From an uncultured delta proteobacterium (lineage in GTDB: Bacteria; Myxococcota; Kuafuiibacteriia; Kuafuiibacteriales; Kuafuiibacteriaceae): 64,000 nt of DNA. The position numbers were made by a program, and so were the translations under genes. Under the pieces are notes generated by a model, which did not search any database, was not told where the DNA came from, and worked only from the letters and a program-made list of their open reading frames with translations. Positions 20,801 to 30,814 of the stretch are shown in pieces. Within the stretch, counting starts at the first letter, position 1; every line of letters starts with the position of its first letter. Location of the stretch: NCBI GenBank assembly GCA_963803435.1, contig CAWDML010000007.1, positions 416,001-480,000 on the forward strand. The letters run 5' to 3'.

Positions 20801-21955
20801 TCACTCCCGGCTGGTCGATGCGGACCGGACCGACTCGACGAGGCGCGACAGCTCGGCGATGGCCGAGGCGACCATCATCCCCGGGTCGACGTCGCGGCCG
20901 ATCGAGGTGATCCGAACGTCTCCCAGGCCGGCTCCGATCGCCCGGGCGATCTCGGGGAGGGCCCTCTCGATCATCACCAGCCGTAGCTGCTCCTCCGAGA
21001 TCCGCTGCTCGATGGTCTTTCTCTCGGCGAGCAAGGCCAGCTCGGACCGGCCCTCGTCCTGCTCGGCCTGGGCGCGGCGCGCGCGCTCCTCGAGCTCCGC
21101 CTGCAGCCGGAGGCGGGCCTGCTCGTGCTCGCGTTCGATCAGCGCGCGCTCCGCGGCGAGCTCGCGCATCCTTCGCTCGATCGCCTCCATCGTCGCCCGC
21201 TCCGCGAGCGCCGCCAGCTCGGCGTCCTTGATCGCCGAGAGCGCGCGGGTGGCCGCCTCGCCCTCGATCTCCGCCTCGCGCGAGCGGCGCGTGAGCTCGG
21301 CGCGATACACCGCCTGCATCTGCTCGAAGACGCGCTCCGACAGGACCTTGACGCTCTGGATCTCAATCGTGTCGATGACCACGCCCCATCCCTTGTCCGT
21401 GTGGTCGTCGGCTCGGCCCCGCCCTTCGACGATCGGGGCAATCTCCCTCATGAGCTCGGTCGCCAGCGTCTCCTTGCGCCGAGTCAGCGCCTCCTCGACG
21501 GCCAGGTTCGCGACCAGCCGCCGCGTCGCGCCGACGAACATCTCGGCCAGGATCTCGTCGAGCTTCTCTCCTGCCCGCTCGGCGTAGGAAAAGTTGAGCA
21601 TGCGGTACGCGACCAGCGGATCGACGATCCGATAGACCGCCAACCCGCTCACCTCGACGCCGATCTTCTCGCGGGTCACTTGATCGGCGGTGAACTGGAG
21701 GCGGTTGATCGTGGTCGGTACGATCGCCACGGAGTCCGAGGGCCACTTGAAGCAACTCGCGCCCTGGCCCGTGGTGCGATCGACGATCCGCCCCCGGCGC
21801 ACATGGATCAGAAACTCGGATGGCTTCGCGGTGATGAAGCCCCAGCGCTTCGTCTTCTCGGGATCTTCGAGCGGCCGATGCCTTCTCCAACCGGTCTCGT
21901 GGCGCTCCTTGGCGGGCAGCGCGGACTGGACGATCTTCTTCGGCGGTGCGGACAT
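20801..21955 (-). CDS. SPFH/band-7 (flotillin-like) protein
   Basis: FTADQVTREKIGVEVSGLAVYRI, WGVVIDTIEIQSV, then an Ala/Glu coiled coil. Confidence 0.85.
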   Translation of the reverse strand: MSAPPKKIVQSALPAKERHETGWRRHRPLEDPEKTKRWGFITAKPSEFLIHVRRGRIVDRTTGQGASCFKWPSDSVAIVPTTINRLQFTADQVTREKIGVEVSGLAVYRIVDPLVAYRMLNFSYAERAGEKLDEILAEMFVGATRRLVANLAVEEALTRRKETLATELMREIAPIVEGRGRADDHTDKGWGVVIDTIEIQSVKVLSERVFEQMQAVYRAELTRRSREAEIEGEAATRALSAIKDAELAALAERATMEAIERRMRELAAERALIEREHEQARLRLQAELEERARRAQAEQDEGRSELALLAERKTIEQRISEEQLRLVMIERALPEIARAIGAGLGDVRITSIGRDVDPGMMVASAIAELSRLVESVRSASTSRE

Positions 21956-21967
21956 GCGGGGGCGCTT

Positions 21968-21983
21968 CGCAGGGTCCATGCCA
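21968..21983 (-). promoter_or_regulatory. Candidate sigma-54 (-24/-12) promoter for the SPFH gene
   Basis: TGGCATGGACCCTGCG, GG-N10-GC spacing, immediately upstream of ATG 21955. Confidence 0.45.
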
Positions 21984-22137
21984 GCCGAAGCGCGCGAGGG
22001 CCCAGGGCGGCGCGCACCATTGCGGCGCACCAGGACGGTGCAGCGGTCCCCGAAACGCGCGGCGCGGAGCGGTATCCGGTGCGGAATCGCCCCCACGCGC
22101 CTGGGCACGAGTCCGCAGCGGAGGCGGCGTCGAAAGA

Positions 22138-22153
22138 GGGCACGCCGGTTGCA
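22138..22153 (+). promoter_or_regulatory. Candidate sigma-54 (-24/-12) promoter for the kinase gene
   Basis: GGGCACGCCGGTTGCA, a close match to TGGCAC-N5-TTGCW with correct spacing. Confidence 0.6.
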
Positions 22154-22185
22154 CGGTCGCTGCCACGGTGGAGGCGAGAGTCGGC

Positions 22186-23154
22186 GTGCGACGAACCTGG
22201 CGGGACGTTTCGCTCGAAGGGAGGATCGTGTGCGGCCGGTACGTGATCGGACGGCTCATCGCCCGCGGCGGGATGGGAGAGGTGTACCGCGCGCGCGATC
22301 GGGTGCTGCGCCGCGACGTCGCGATCAAGGTCGTCCGCGGGCTTGCGGACTCCAACGCACGGGAGCGGTTCAACCGCGAGGCCTACCTGGCGGCGCGGAT
22401 CGATCATCCGAACGTGGTCCGGATCTTCGATCTGGGTGCGTGTGACGACGGCTGCCCCTTCCTGGTCATGGAGCTCCTCTGCGGCCGCGGTCTGACCGAG
22501 CTGCTGGCGGAGGGCCCACTCGCGATCGCCCGGGTGGTCAGGCTCCTCGAAGGTATCGCGGACGCGCTCGACGCCATTCACGACCGTGGCGTCGTGCACC
22601 GGGACATCAAGCTCGATAACCTCATGGTGATCGAGCAGGAGGGCGCCGCGGCGCGCACCAAGCTGCTGGACTTCGGGATCGCGGTGGCGCCAACGGATGA
22701 CGTCCCGCGGCTGACCGTCGAGGGGACCCTGGTGGGTACGCCGCTCTACGCAGCGCCGGAGGTGCTCCTGGGCGGGATTCCGACGCCGCGCTCCGACGTC
22801 TACTCGCTCGCCGCCACCGCCTACAAGCTGCTCACGGGCGTGGCGCCGTTCGAGCTCATGGTCCCCACGCAGATGATCCAGGCCAAGGTCTGCGGGCCGC
22901 CGCCCGCGCCGTCGACGTATCGCCGGACCTTGCCCCCCGCGATCGACGTGCTCTTCTCGCACGCCCTGTCGCTCGATCCCGCGGATCGACCCGAGCGCGC
23001 CTCCTCGCTGATCGCCCGGCTCAGAGAGGCCGGGAGGCCTGCTCCGCCGCGGGCGCCCAGACGGCGATGGCCGCTCTTTCTCACCGGCGGGGTGGCGGCG
23101 TTTCTGCTCGCTCTGGTCGTCGTGTTGATCGCCGGCGCACACGCGCGGTGGTGA
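22186..23154 (+). CDS. Ser/Thr protein kinase with C-terminal TM helix
   Basis: IARGGMGEVY, VAIK, HRDIKLDN, DFG, GTPLYAAPE; start approximate. Confidence 0.9.
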   Translation: MRRTWRDVSLEGRIVCGRYVIGRLIARGGMGEVYRARDRVLRRDVAIKVVRGLADSNARERFNREAYLAARIDHPNVVRIFDLGACDDGCPFLVMELLCGRGLTELLAEGPLAIARVVRLLEGIADALDAIHDRGVVHRDIKLDNLMVIEQEGAAARTKLLDFGIAVAPTDDVPRLTVEGTLVGTPLYAAPEVLLGGIPTPRSDVYSLAATAYKLLTGVAPFELMVPTQMIQAKVCGPPPAPSTYRRTLPPAIDVLFSHALSLDPADRPERASSLIARLREAGRPAPPRAPRRRWPLFLTGGVAAFLLALVVVLIAGAHARW

Positions 23155-23382
23155 AGAACACCCACCCGTGCGAAGTTTTCCGCACCCCGGGCTTCGTGGC
23201 GATCCGCCTCGGTCACAGCGCCGGTGGATCGTCGCCGCGCATCTTGCTTCGGCGACGGCCGCGGGGTGTGCCACATTGAGGGCCGCGCCGGTTGCGGTCG
23301 CCTGCGGAAAGCTGCGCAGATGAACCAGGAAAAGAGCCAGCATACACGTGCGGTTCGAAATCGGCAGGCGGGTGTCGCCGCG

Positions 23383-25281
23383 ATGGACTCACTTTCGAGA
23401 CCGAGGCTCCTCGACTTCCTGGGGCGCATCTCGCACGAGCTCCGGACACCGCTCAACAGCTTGCTGATCCTGTCCCGAAGGCTCGCGGAGAACGACGAGC
23501 GCACGCTCACGCCGGCTCAGGTCGAATACGCCCGCGCGATCCAACAGTCGGGGTCGGACATGATGGACCTGATCGACGAGATCCTCGATCTCGCGCGGGC
23601 CGGCTCCGAGACCCTCGCGATCGAGAAGTGCTGGGTCGAGATCTCCGATCTGGTCGGGCGCATCGCGGGGACGTTTCGCCAGGTCGCGGAGGAGAAAGGG
23701 CTGGAGCTCACCACACGCGTGGGCCCGGCCGTGCCTTCCGCGATCGAGACCGATCCGGCGCGCCTGCTGCAGGTGCTGCGGAACCTGATCGCGAACGCGA
23801 TCGCGTTCACAGACGCCGGCGAGGTATCGCTCACCATCGACCTGGAGGCGGGCGATCGCATCGTCTTCAACGTCCGAGATCAGGGCGTGGGCATCCCGAA
23901 GGACGAGCAACCCCACGTCTTCGACCCGTACCGCTCCCGCCGCCGGCGCGGGAGCCCCGAGGGCGCGGGCCTCGGCCTCTCGATCAGCAAGAGGCTGGTC
24001 GAGCTCCTCGGCGGCAGCTTGACGTTCGAGAGTGTGGTCGGGAGGGGAAGCGACTTCCGGCTCGAGGTCCCGCGGCGGCTCGGGGTGGAGACTCCCGTGC
24101 CGGCGCGCCGGATCCCGAGCGAGCCGAAGCGCCGAATCCTGCTCGTCATCCACGGCAACCCGCTCCTGTCCGAGCCCCTGGAGCGGGCAGCCCGGGCCAA
24201 TGACGTCGAGCTGGTCCTCGCCGGCTCCGGGGAGCGCGGTGTTCGAATGGCGCGGCGGCTCAGCCCCACGGCCATCATCGTCGACCTGGCGTTCCCCGCG
24301 CTCGACCGCTGGATCCTGCTCGACGTGCTCAAGCGCGATCCGTTCACCCGCCAGATTCCCGTGCTCGCGCTCTGCGGCGGCAAGGAGGCGCGGCGCGCCC
24401 GCCGGATGGGTGCGTTCGTCCACGCGCCCTCGCCGAGGTCGGACGACGAGGTGGCGCTGGCGGTGACCGCGGCCCTGCGGTTCTCGGCAGCTTCGCAGCG
24501 GACAGTGCTGGTGCTGGGTGAGCATTCGCTCGACTGGAACGGCCTCGAGATCGCGCGGGCCTCGAACGGCCGGGAGGCGCTTGCGGCCATCGCGGCCGAA
24601 CGGCCGGACTGCCTGGTCATGCCGCCGGCGCTGCCCGACATGAGCGCGACGGAGCTTCTGGATCGACTCCACCGAGCGGGCGCCTCCCGTCCGATCCCCT
24701 CGATCGTCTATGCCGCGGCGGATCCCGTCTACGACATGGGCGCGCTCGCGTCGCTGGCCGACATCGTGATCGAGGACGGCGAGCTGGCACCGAGCCTCCT
24801 CACCGAGGCGATCGCGCGGTTTCTCCACCTCCCCGATCACAGCCTCCCTCAGGATCGGCTGGCGCACCTGGGGCGCGTGCGAACCTGGGAGCCCGTGCTG
24901 CGGGGTCGGCGCGTGCTGATCGTGGACGACGACGTGTACACCATCTTCGCGCTGACCAGCGTGTTCGAGCGGCTCTCGATCGAGGTGAGCTTCTGCGAGA
25001 GCGGGCGCGAGGCAATGGAGCGCCTGGCGGTGGGGAGCTTCGACGCGCTGCTGGTGGACATCGTCATGCCGGACATGGACGGGCTGGATACGATCAAGAA
25101 GATCCGCAGGGATCCTACGCATGCCTCCCTGCCGATCCTCGCGGTCACAGCCAAGACGATGCCGGATGATCGTCAGGCCTGCCTCTCGGCCGGGGCGGAC
25201 GAGTACATTCCCAAGCCGGTCGACGTCGACTGGCTGCTGGCGCATCTGAGGAGCCGGCTCTCGGCGGCACAACATGTCTGA
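23383..25281 (+). CDS. Cytoplasmic hybrid histidine kinase HisKA-HATPase-REC-REC-REC without a sensor domain
   Basis: SHELRTPLNSL, NLIANA, DQGVGI, GAGLGLSI. First two receivers degenerate; last intact (VDDD, DIVMPDMDG, KP). Start could be 23320. Confidence 0.88.
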   Translation: MDSLSRPRLLDFLGRISHELRTPLNSLLILSRRLAENDERTLTPAQVEYARAIQQSGSDMMDLIDEILDLARAGSETLAIEKCWVEISDLVGRIAGTFRQVAEEKGLELTTRVGPAVPSAIETDPARLLQVLRNLIANAIAFTDAGEVSLTIDLEAGDRIVFNVRDQGVGIPKDEQPHVFDPYRSRRRRGSPEGAGLGLSISKRLVELLGGSLTFESVVGRGSDFRLEVPRRLGVETPVPARRIPSEPKRRILLVIHGNPLLSEPLERAARANDVELVLAGSGERGVRMARRLSPTAIIVDLAFPALDRWILLDVLKRDPFTRQIPVLALCGGKEARRARRMGAFVHAPSPRSDDEVALAVTAALRFSAASQRTVLVLGEHSLDWNGLEIARASNGREALAAIAAERPDCLVMPPALPDMSATELLDRLHRAGASRPIPSIVYAAADPVYDMGALASLADIVIEDGELAPSLLTEAIARFLHLPDHSLPQDRLAHLGRVRTWEPVLRGRRVLIVDDDVYTIFALTSVFERLSIEVSFCESGREAMERLAVGSFDALLVDIVMPDMDGLDTIKKIRRDPTHASLPILAVTAKTMPDDRQACLSAGADEYIPKPVDVDWLLAHLRSRLSAAQHV

Positions 25282-26410
25282 GGCGCCCAACATCCTGCTG
25301 GTCGACGACGACCCGCGGCACCTGATGGCGCTGGCGGTCGCGCTGGACGGCCTCGGCTGTCCGCTCACCAAGGCGACCTCTGGCCGCGAAGCGCTGCGGC
25401 GACTGCTGCACGAGCAGTTCGCGCTGATCCTGCTCGACCTCCGCATGCCCGACATGAGCGGGTTCGAGGTCGCTCAGCTGATGCGCAAGCACCCGCGCTG
25501 GGAGAGGACGCCGATCATCTTTCTGACGGCCTTCGACGGCGACGAGGAGACGGTGTTCGAGAGCTACGCGATCGGCGGCGTCGACTACATCGTCAAGCCC
25601 ATCGAGCCGCGCCTCCTGCGCGCCAAGGTGCAGGTGTTCGTGGAGCTGCATCGAAAGACCGAGCTGATCCGAGTGGAGACGGAGCGCCGGATCCGGGCGG
25701 AGTCGCTCGCCGAGGCGGCCGAGGAGCTGGCGCGATCCAACGCAGAGCTCGAGCAGTTCGCCTGCGTCGCCTCGCACGATCTCCAGGAGCCGCTGAGGAT
25801 GATCACGAGCTACGCGGGGCTCTTGACGCACGAGTACGGGGACGATCTCGACGCTCGCGGGCGGATGTATCTCGAGGTGGTCCGCGACGGCGCAGTGCGG
25901 ATGAAGGAGATGGTGGACGGTCTGCTCTACTATGCCCGGATCGGACATCACGGGCGGCCGTTCCAGGGTGTCGACTGCGCGGAGGTGGGGGCCGAGGTGG
26001 TGGCCACGATGAAAGTCGTGGTGGAGGAGACGCAGGCGAAGATCGTCGTGGACCCGCTCCCGGTGGTATTGGGCGATCGGATGGAGCTGGCGCGGGTGTT
26101 CCAGAACCTGCTCTCGAACGCGCTCAAGTTCAGGAGCGAGCGCACGCCCGAGGTGCGGATCTCGGCCGAGCGAACAGCCGACCGCTGGCGCTTCGCCGTC
26201 TCCGACAATGGCATCGGGATCGAGAGTCGGCAGTTCGAACGGATCTTCGCCGTGTTCCAGCGGCTGCATCCGATCGATCGCTACCATGGCACCGGTATCG
26301 GCCTGTCCGAGTGCAAGAAGATCGTCGAGCGCCACGGCGGCAAGATGTGGGTGGTGTCGGAGCCGGGACAGGGCTCCACGATCTTCTTCACCCTCGCAGG
26401 TGCGTCGTGA
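25274..26410 (+). CDS. REC-HisKA-HATPase hybrid kinase
   Basis: LLVDDD, DLRMP, KP; SHDLQEPLRMI, NLLSNALKF, DNGIGI, GTGIGL. Confidence 0.92.
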   Translation: MSEAPNILLVDDDPRHLMALAVALDGLGCPLTKATSGREALRRLLHEQFALILLDLRMPDMSGFEVAQLMRKHPRWERTPIIFLTAFDGDEETVFESYAIGGVDYIVKPIEPRLLRAKVQVFVELHRKTELIRVETERRIRAESLAEAAEELARSNAELEQFACVASHDLQEPLRMITSYAGLLTHEYGDDLDARGRMYLEVVRDGAVRMKEMVDGLLYYARIGHHGRPFQGVDCAEVGAEVVATMKVVVEETQAKIVVDPLPVVLGDRMELARVFQNLLSNALKFRSERTPEVRISAERTADRWRFAVSDNGIGIESRQFERIFAVFQRLHPIDRYHGTGIGLSECKKIVERHGGKMWVVSEPGQGSTIFFTLAGAS

Positions 26411-27771
26411 GCGCGAACGTCCTCATCATCGACGATGAGGTCGCGATCCGCACGTTCCTGAGAGAGCGTCTGCTCGAGCTCGGATGCTCCGTGGTCGAGG
26501 CCGACACCGCCGCCGCCGCGCGGAGCGTCTGCAACGACACGATCGATCTGGTGCTCCTCGACCATCGGCTTCCGGACGCCGATGGCCTGACGCTCCTCGA
26601 CGAGCTCAAGAGCAGCGCGCCGGGCAGCCTGATCATCGTCATCACCGCCTACTCGAGCGTGCCGAGCGCTGTGAGCGCGATGAGGGACGGCGCGTTCCAC
26701 TACACCGAGAAGCCGCTGGACCTGGCGCAGCTGATGGGGCCCATCCGGCAGGCGCTCGAGCTGACGCTGCTCCGGCGCGAGGTCCGCGAGCTCCGTGCGC
26801 GGGAAGCGGAGCCCTACGCGCTCGAGGCGATGATCGGCGAGTCGGGCGTGATCCGCGGCGTGCGCGCGCTTCTCCGCAAGGTGGCGAGCACCGACTCGAC
26901 CACCGTGCTGCTCCTGGGCGAGACCGGCACCGGGAAGGATCTGGCCGCCAAGATCATCCACTACAACAGTCGCCGCGCGCTGGGACGGTTCGTCAACATC
27001 ACCTGCTCAGCCCTCCCTGAGAGCCTCCTCGAGAGCCAGCTCTTCGGCTACGACCAGGGCGCGTTCACCGACGCCAAGAGCGGAAAGGAAGGGCTCTTCG
27101 AGATCGCGAACGGCGGCACCGTCTTTCTGGACGAGATCGGAGAGATGACGCCCTCGCTCCAGGCCAAGCTGCTCCGTGTCCTCGAGGAACGATCCTTTCT
27201 CCGCGTCGGCGGCTCACATGACGTCACGGTCGACGTGCGCGTGTTGGCGGCCACGAACCGAAACCTCGAGCAGGAGGTGGCGCGCGGGCGCTTTCGCGAG
27301 GACCTCTACTACCGCCTGAAGGTCGTCGAGGTGGAGCTGCCTCCAGTTCGCGAGCGCGAGGCCGACGTCCGCCAGCTCCTCTTCTACTTCGCAGACGAGT
27401 TCGCGCGAGCGCTGGCACGCACCATTCGGGGCTATTCGGACGAGGCCCTCCGCGCGCTCGAGTCCTATTCGTGGCCGGGCAACGTCCGCGAGCTGCGGAA
27501 CGCGGTCGAGCGCGCGATCCTCCTCTCGGAGGCGGAGCTGCTGGTGCAGGAGGACTTCCCGATGCTACAGGCCAGCCGCCCGATCTCCACCCGCTTTCGC
27601 CTCCCTCTGGACGGGATCCGGCTCCAGGATCTGGAACGGAGCCTGGTGGAGCAGGCCCTGGAGCTGTCGTCAGGCAACCAAACGCAGGCGGCCAAGCTGC
27701 TCGGCGTCAGCCGCGACCAGCTCCGCTACCGGATGGCGAAGTTCGTCCTCGGGAGCCGCGAGCCCGAGTGA
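26407..27771 (+). CDS. NtrC-family sigma-54-dependent response regulator
   Basis: REC; GETGTGK; GAFTDA (GAFTGA variant); FLDEIG; [10 protein letters not shown]; Fis-type HTH. GTGA overlap with the upstream stop. Confidence 0.93.
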   Translation: MSANVLIIDDEVAIRTFLRERLLELGCSVVEADTAAAARSVCNDTIDLVLLDHRLPDADGLTLLDELKSSAPGSLIIVITAYSSVPSAVSAMRDGAFHYTEKPLDLAQLMGPIRQALELTLLRREVRELRAREAEPYALEAMIGESGVIRGVRALLRKVASTDSTTVLLLGETGTGKDLAAKIIHYNSRRALGRFVNITCSALPESLLESQLFGYDQGAFTDAKSGKEGLFEIANGGTVFLDEIGEMTPSLQAKLLRVLEERSFLRVGGSHDVTVDVRVLAATNRNLEQEVARGRFREDLYYRLKVVEVELPPVREREADVRQLLFYFADEFARALARTIRGYSDEALRALESYSWPGNVRELRNAVERAILLSEAELLVQEDFPMLQASRPISTRFRLPLDGIRLQDLERSLVEQALELSSGNQTQAAKLLGVSRDQLRYRMAKFVLGSREPE

Positions 27772-27772
27772 G

Positions 27773-28219
27773 CTACCGTCGGTTCAATACCGCGACCATC
27801 TTGAAGCCCAAGCGCGTGAGCAACAGGTGCGCGAACGCGAGGAGGCCGATCCCGAGGACGACCACCACGACGATCCGGTACCCCATCTCGGAGCCGCTCA
27901 GGCCGTAATCGGCCAGCGCCTCGCGCCAGTCGTCGGCCGCGGTCGGGGTGAGCGCGATCGCGATGGCCAGGACGGGAACACCGACGACGAACGCCGTCGC
28001 CACCATGAACCCGGTCCCGACGAGCGCCTGGCGCCAGTTGTCGAAGTAGCTCTGCATCGAGCCAGCGACCGTTCGGTGCTTCAGGTAGCCGTGGACGAAC
28101 GCACCGGCGACGACGCCAACGCTGAAGCCGGGCCCCGGGCCGAACATCCACCAGAGCAGTGCCAGGCTCACCGTCTGAAGCGCGACCAGGAGCAGGTTCT
28201 CTTTCGCGATCTCCTTCAC
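27773..28219 (-). CDS. Hypothetical membrane protein (~4 TM)
   Basis: Hydrophobic helices; co-oriented 13 bp downstream of the glutathione peroxidase gene. Confidence 0.65.
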   Translation of the reverse strand: MKEIAKENLLLVALQTVSLALLWWMFGPGPGFSVGVVAGAFVHGYLKHRTVAGSMQSYFDNWRQALVGTGFMVATAFVVGVPVLAIAIALTPTAADDWREALADYGLSGSEMGYRIVVVVVLGIGLLAFAHLLLTRLGFKMVAVLNRR

Positions 28220-28232
28220 GACCGAGACGCAC

Positions 28233-28709
28233 CTACCGGCTCAGCGCGTGAACGATGGCGGCCGTCATCTCCGGGCTGTCCGGCGCGACCTTCGAGGGAA
28301 ACGCGCCGAGCACCTGCCCATCCTTTCCCACCACGTACTTGTGGAAGTTCCACTTGGGCTCGGCGTGGTTCTTGGTGAGGAACGCGTAGACGGGAGACTG
28401 TCCCTTGCCCGGCTTGGTCTCGATCTTCGCGAATATCGGAAACGTCACGCCGAACTTCGTCTTGCAGAAGGCCTGGATCTCTTCGGCGGTGCCGGGCTCC
28501 TGGGCCCCGAACTCGTTCGACGGGAAGGCGAGGACGACGACGCCCTTCGTTCCCATCTCCTCGTAGAGCTTCTCGAGCCCATCGTACTGGGGAGTGAATC
28601 CGCACTCGGAGGCGACGTTCACCACCAGCGCCACCTTGCCCTGGTAGATCGAGAGCGGCTGCTCCTCGCCTCCTAGAGTCTTCGCAGTGAGATCGTAGAG
28701 CGACTCCAT
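28233..28709 (-). CDS. Glutathione peroxidase family (Cys-type, BtuE-like)
   Basis: VVNVASECGFTPQY, LAFPSNEFGAQEPG, KWNFHKY; AGGAG RBS. Confidence 0.93.
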   Translation of the reverse strand: MESLYDLTAKTLGGEEQPLSIYQGKVALVVNVASECGFTPQYDGLEKLYEEMGTKGVVVLAFPSNEFGAQEPGTAEEIQAFCKTKFGVTFPIFAKIETKPGKGQSPVYAFLTKNHAEPKWNFHKYVVGKDGQVLGAFPSKVAPDSPEMTAAIVHALSR

Positions 28710-28789
28710 ACTTCTTCTCCTTCGGTCCGGAGCAAAGCACATGCGTTGGTTCGGTGCTACGACGGCCAGGTTTGCTACAATCGTCCCAC

Positions 28790-30079
28790 GTGCGAGCCGT
28801 AGTGGCTCTATTTCTCTGTGGCTGTTCGCCGCTCGTCGAGCTCTACGTCCCGGTGTGGCCGACCGCCGAGCCTGCGGTCGCCGTCTTCACGAACGCGAGC
28901 GGGCAGATCCTCCCCCCTTCGCCGCTGCTCCTCACGCCGCCCGTCCGCGAGCGCATCGTCGTCGAGGCGCCCGGGCTGGCCGTTCACGTGCAGACGTTCG
29001 AGGCCCTCGCGAACCGCGATCTGACCGGCTGCCGAGCGGCGGTGAACGGCGGCGAGGCGCTCGGCCCGCCCGTCGAGTCCTGGAGCTCGGGATTCATCGA
29101 CGGGCCCGGCGAGATCAGCTTCGAGCTCGACGACCCGCCGCGATTGTTCGACCTGCACCTCGACGACTGCGCCGTTCCGCCGCGAAGCTGTGACGTGATC
29201 GCGCACCCGGTCGAAGCCCCTCCCGCCGTCCAGGGCCTTTCGGGCGTCGCGGCGATCTCAGAGCGCGAGGCGATCGCGATCGGCGCCTCCCGCAGCGACG
29301 ACGACCTGCGCACGCTGCTCCTCCGCGGCTTCGGCGACGTCGCGACCGAGCTGGGGCCGTTCGATGCGCTCCGCGGTCGGGGCGGGAACCTCGAGAACGA
29401 CGGTGAGGGTCTCGTGGGCGCGGTGGAGGACCTGGTCTTCCGGCTCGATTACCGGGGGGGTCTCGTCAGCTCGAGCAGCGTGGGCTTCTCCGTCGCCCAC
29501 CTCGACACGGGCGAAGACGGCACGACCATCTTCGCGGGCCAGGGTGGCGAGCTCCGCTCGATGGTGCGCGGAAGCTCCGAGCTCCGCACGCTGGCGCCGC
29601 CGAGCTACGCTTCGTCAGGTCGTGCTCCGCGGGTCGCCGTCGTTCGCGCCGATCTCTTCGATCTCTTCGGCATCGACGGAAGGATCTACGAGTGGGACGG
29701 CGGGTGGCACGAGCTGATGGAACAGCCGATCGGTGCGATCGCCGCAGACGAAGAGACGATCATCATCTTCCCCGACGAAGGCGGCGCGCTCGAGTTCGAT
29801 CGAGACGCTCGCGAGTGGAGACCGCTCGGGCAGATCGTTCAAATGCAGCTCGCGAACGCGGCGGCTCCGCTCGGCGACGGCCGGTACGTATTCGTCGGGC
29901 AGAACGGGCTGGTCGGCTATTTCAACGGCGAGCGCCTGTGCACGGTCGACGCTGGCTCGGTCAACCATCTCGAAGACGTCGACTTCGTACCCGCGCTCGC
30001 ACCGCCCCGCGCCTGGATCGTGGGCGGCCACCACGTGGCACTCGGCGAGCCCACGGTGCTTCGACTGGATCTTCCCTAG
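28790..30079 (+). CDS. Hypothetical lipoprotein, probable beta-propeller C-terminal half
   Basis: FLCGC lipobox; short beta-strand repeats (YEWDGGW, FVGQNGLVGYFNG); resembles 30815-32086. Confidence 0.65.
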   Translation: MRAVVALFLCGCSPLVELYVPVWPTAEPAVAVFTNASGQILPPSPLLLTPPVRERIVVEAPGLAVHVQTFEALANRDLTGCRAAVNGGEALGPPVESWSSGFIDGPGEISFELDDPPRLFDLHLDDCAVPPRSCDVIAHPVEAPPAVQGLSGVAAISEREAIAIGASRSDDDLRTLLLRGFGDVATELGPFDALRGRGGNLENDGEGLVGAVEDLVFRLDYRGGLVSSSSVGFSVAHLDTGEDGTTIFAGQGGELRSMVRGSSELRTLAPPSYASSGRAPRVAVVRADLFDLFGIDGRIYEWDGGWHELMEQPIGAIAADEETIIIFPDEGGALEFDRDAREWRPLGQIVQMQLANAAAPLGDGRYVFVGQNGLVGYFNGERLCTVDAGSVNHLEDVDFVPALAPPRAWIVGGHHVALGEPTVLRLDLP

Positions 30080-30146
30080 CCTTCTTGACTCGGGCAGCCG
30101 AGTTCCATAGGCAGACGCCGGCCGATCTCGGCCAGAAGGGGACTCC

Positions 30147-30698
30147 ATGAAAAATCTGATTGCACTCGGTTTTGCGAGCGTCCTGATCGCCGGCACCGCC
30201 TTCGGGCAGGCCTCCGGTCAGAAGAGCGCCCAGCCCGCGACCCCGTCCGGAATGGACATGAGCAAGATGGGCCCTTGGACGCGCAAGGTGAAGAACGAGA
30301 AGGCGCTCAAGAAAGAGATCGAGCAGTTCTTCAAGGAGGAGGACGCGATCGCAAAGAAGGGCGACTTTGCGGCCGCGCTCGCGCGGGTCGACTTCCCGGT
30401 CTACATGGTGACGGACGATGCGAACGGCATGGCGAAGGCCGAGGTCTGGAACCAAGAGAAGTACACCGCGAGCATGAAGCCGTTTTACGAGAACATGCCC
30501 AAAGACGCGAAGACGACCCACAAGCCTTCCATCACCGTGCTGTCCGACTCCTTGGTCAACATCGTCGACGACTTCACGATGAGCATGGGCAAGCAGAAGA
30601 TGTCCGGCCGGAACGCGTCCGTGCTGGTCAAGGTCGACGGAAAGTGGAAGTGGAAGGTGATGGCCGAAGCGGGTTGGGGCGAGCCCGCCGCCAAGTAG
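30147..30698 (+). CDS. Secreted NTF2/SnoaL-like (DUF4440-like) protein
   Basis: Signal peptide; AIAKKGDFAA...ITVLSDSLV...VLVKVDGKWKWK pattern of the NTF2-like fold. Confidence 0.7.
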   Translation: MKNLIALGFASVLIAGTAFGQASGQKSAQPATPSGMDMSKMGPWTRKVKNEKALKKEIEQFFKEEDAIAKKGDFAAALARVDFPVYMVTDDANGMAKAEVWNQEKYTASMKPFYENMPKDAKTTHKPSITVLSDSLVNIVDDFTMSMGKQKMSGRNASVLVKVDGKWKWKVMAEAGWGEPAAK

Positions 30699-30814
30699 GG
30701 CCGAGGCATCCTCGAAAGCCGCTGTCACGCGTATGATGGGAAGCGATGTGTCGCCCACGGGGCGCCGCTCGAGGACCGATTCACTTCGGACGGGACGGGC
30801 CCGACATTGCGTTC

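Noticed and set aside
23281-23295. Sigma-54-like GGCCGCGCCGGTTGC upstream of the hybrid kinase
   Set aside because: GG-to-GC spacing is 11, not the required 10.
28233-28709. Selenocysteine glutathione peroxidase
   Set aside because: The active-site codon is TGC (Cys); there is no in-frame TGA.
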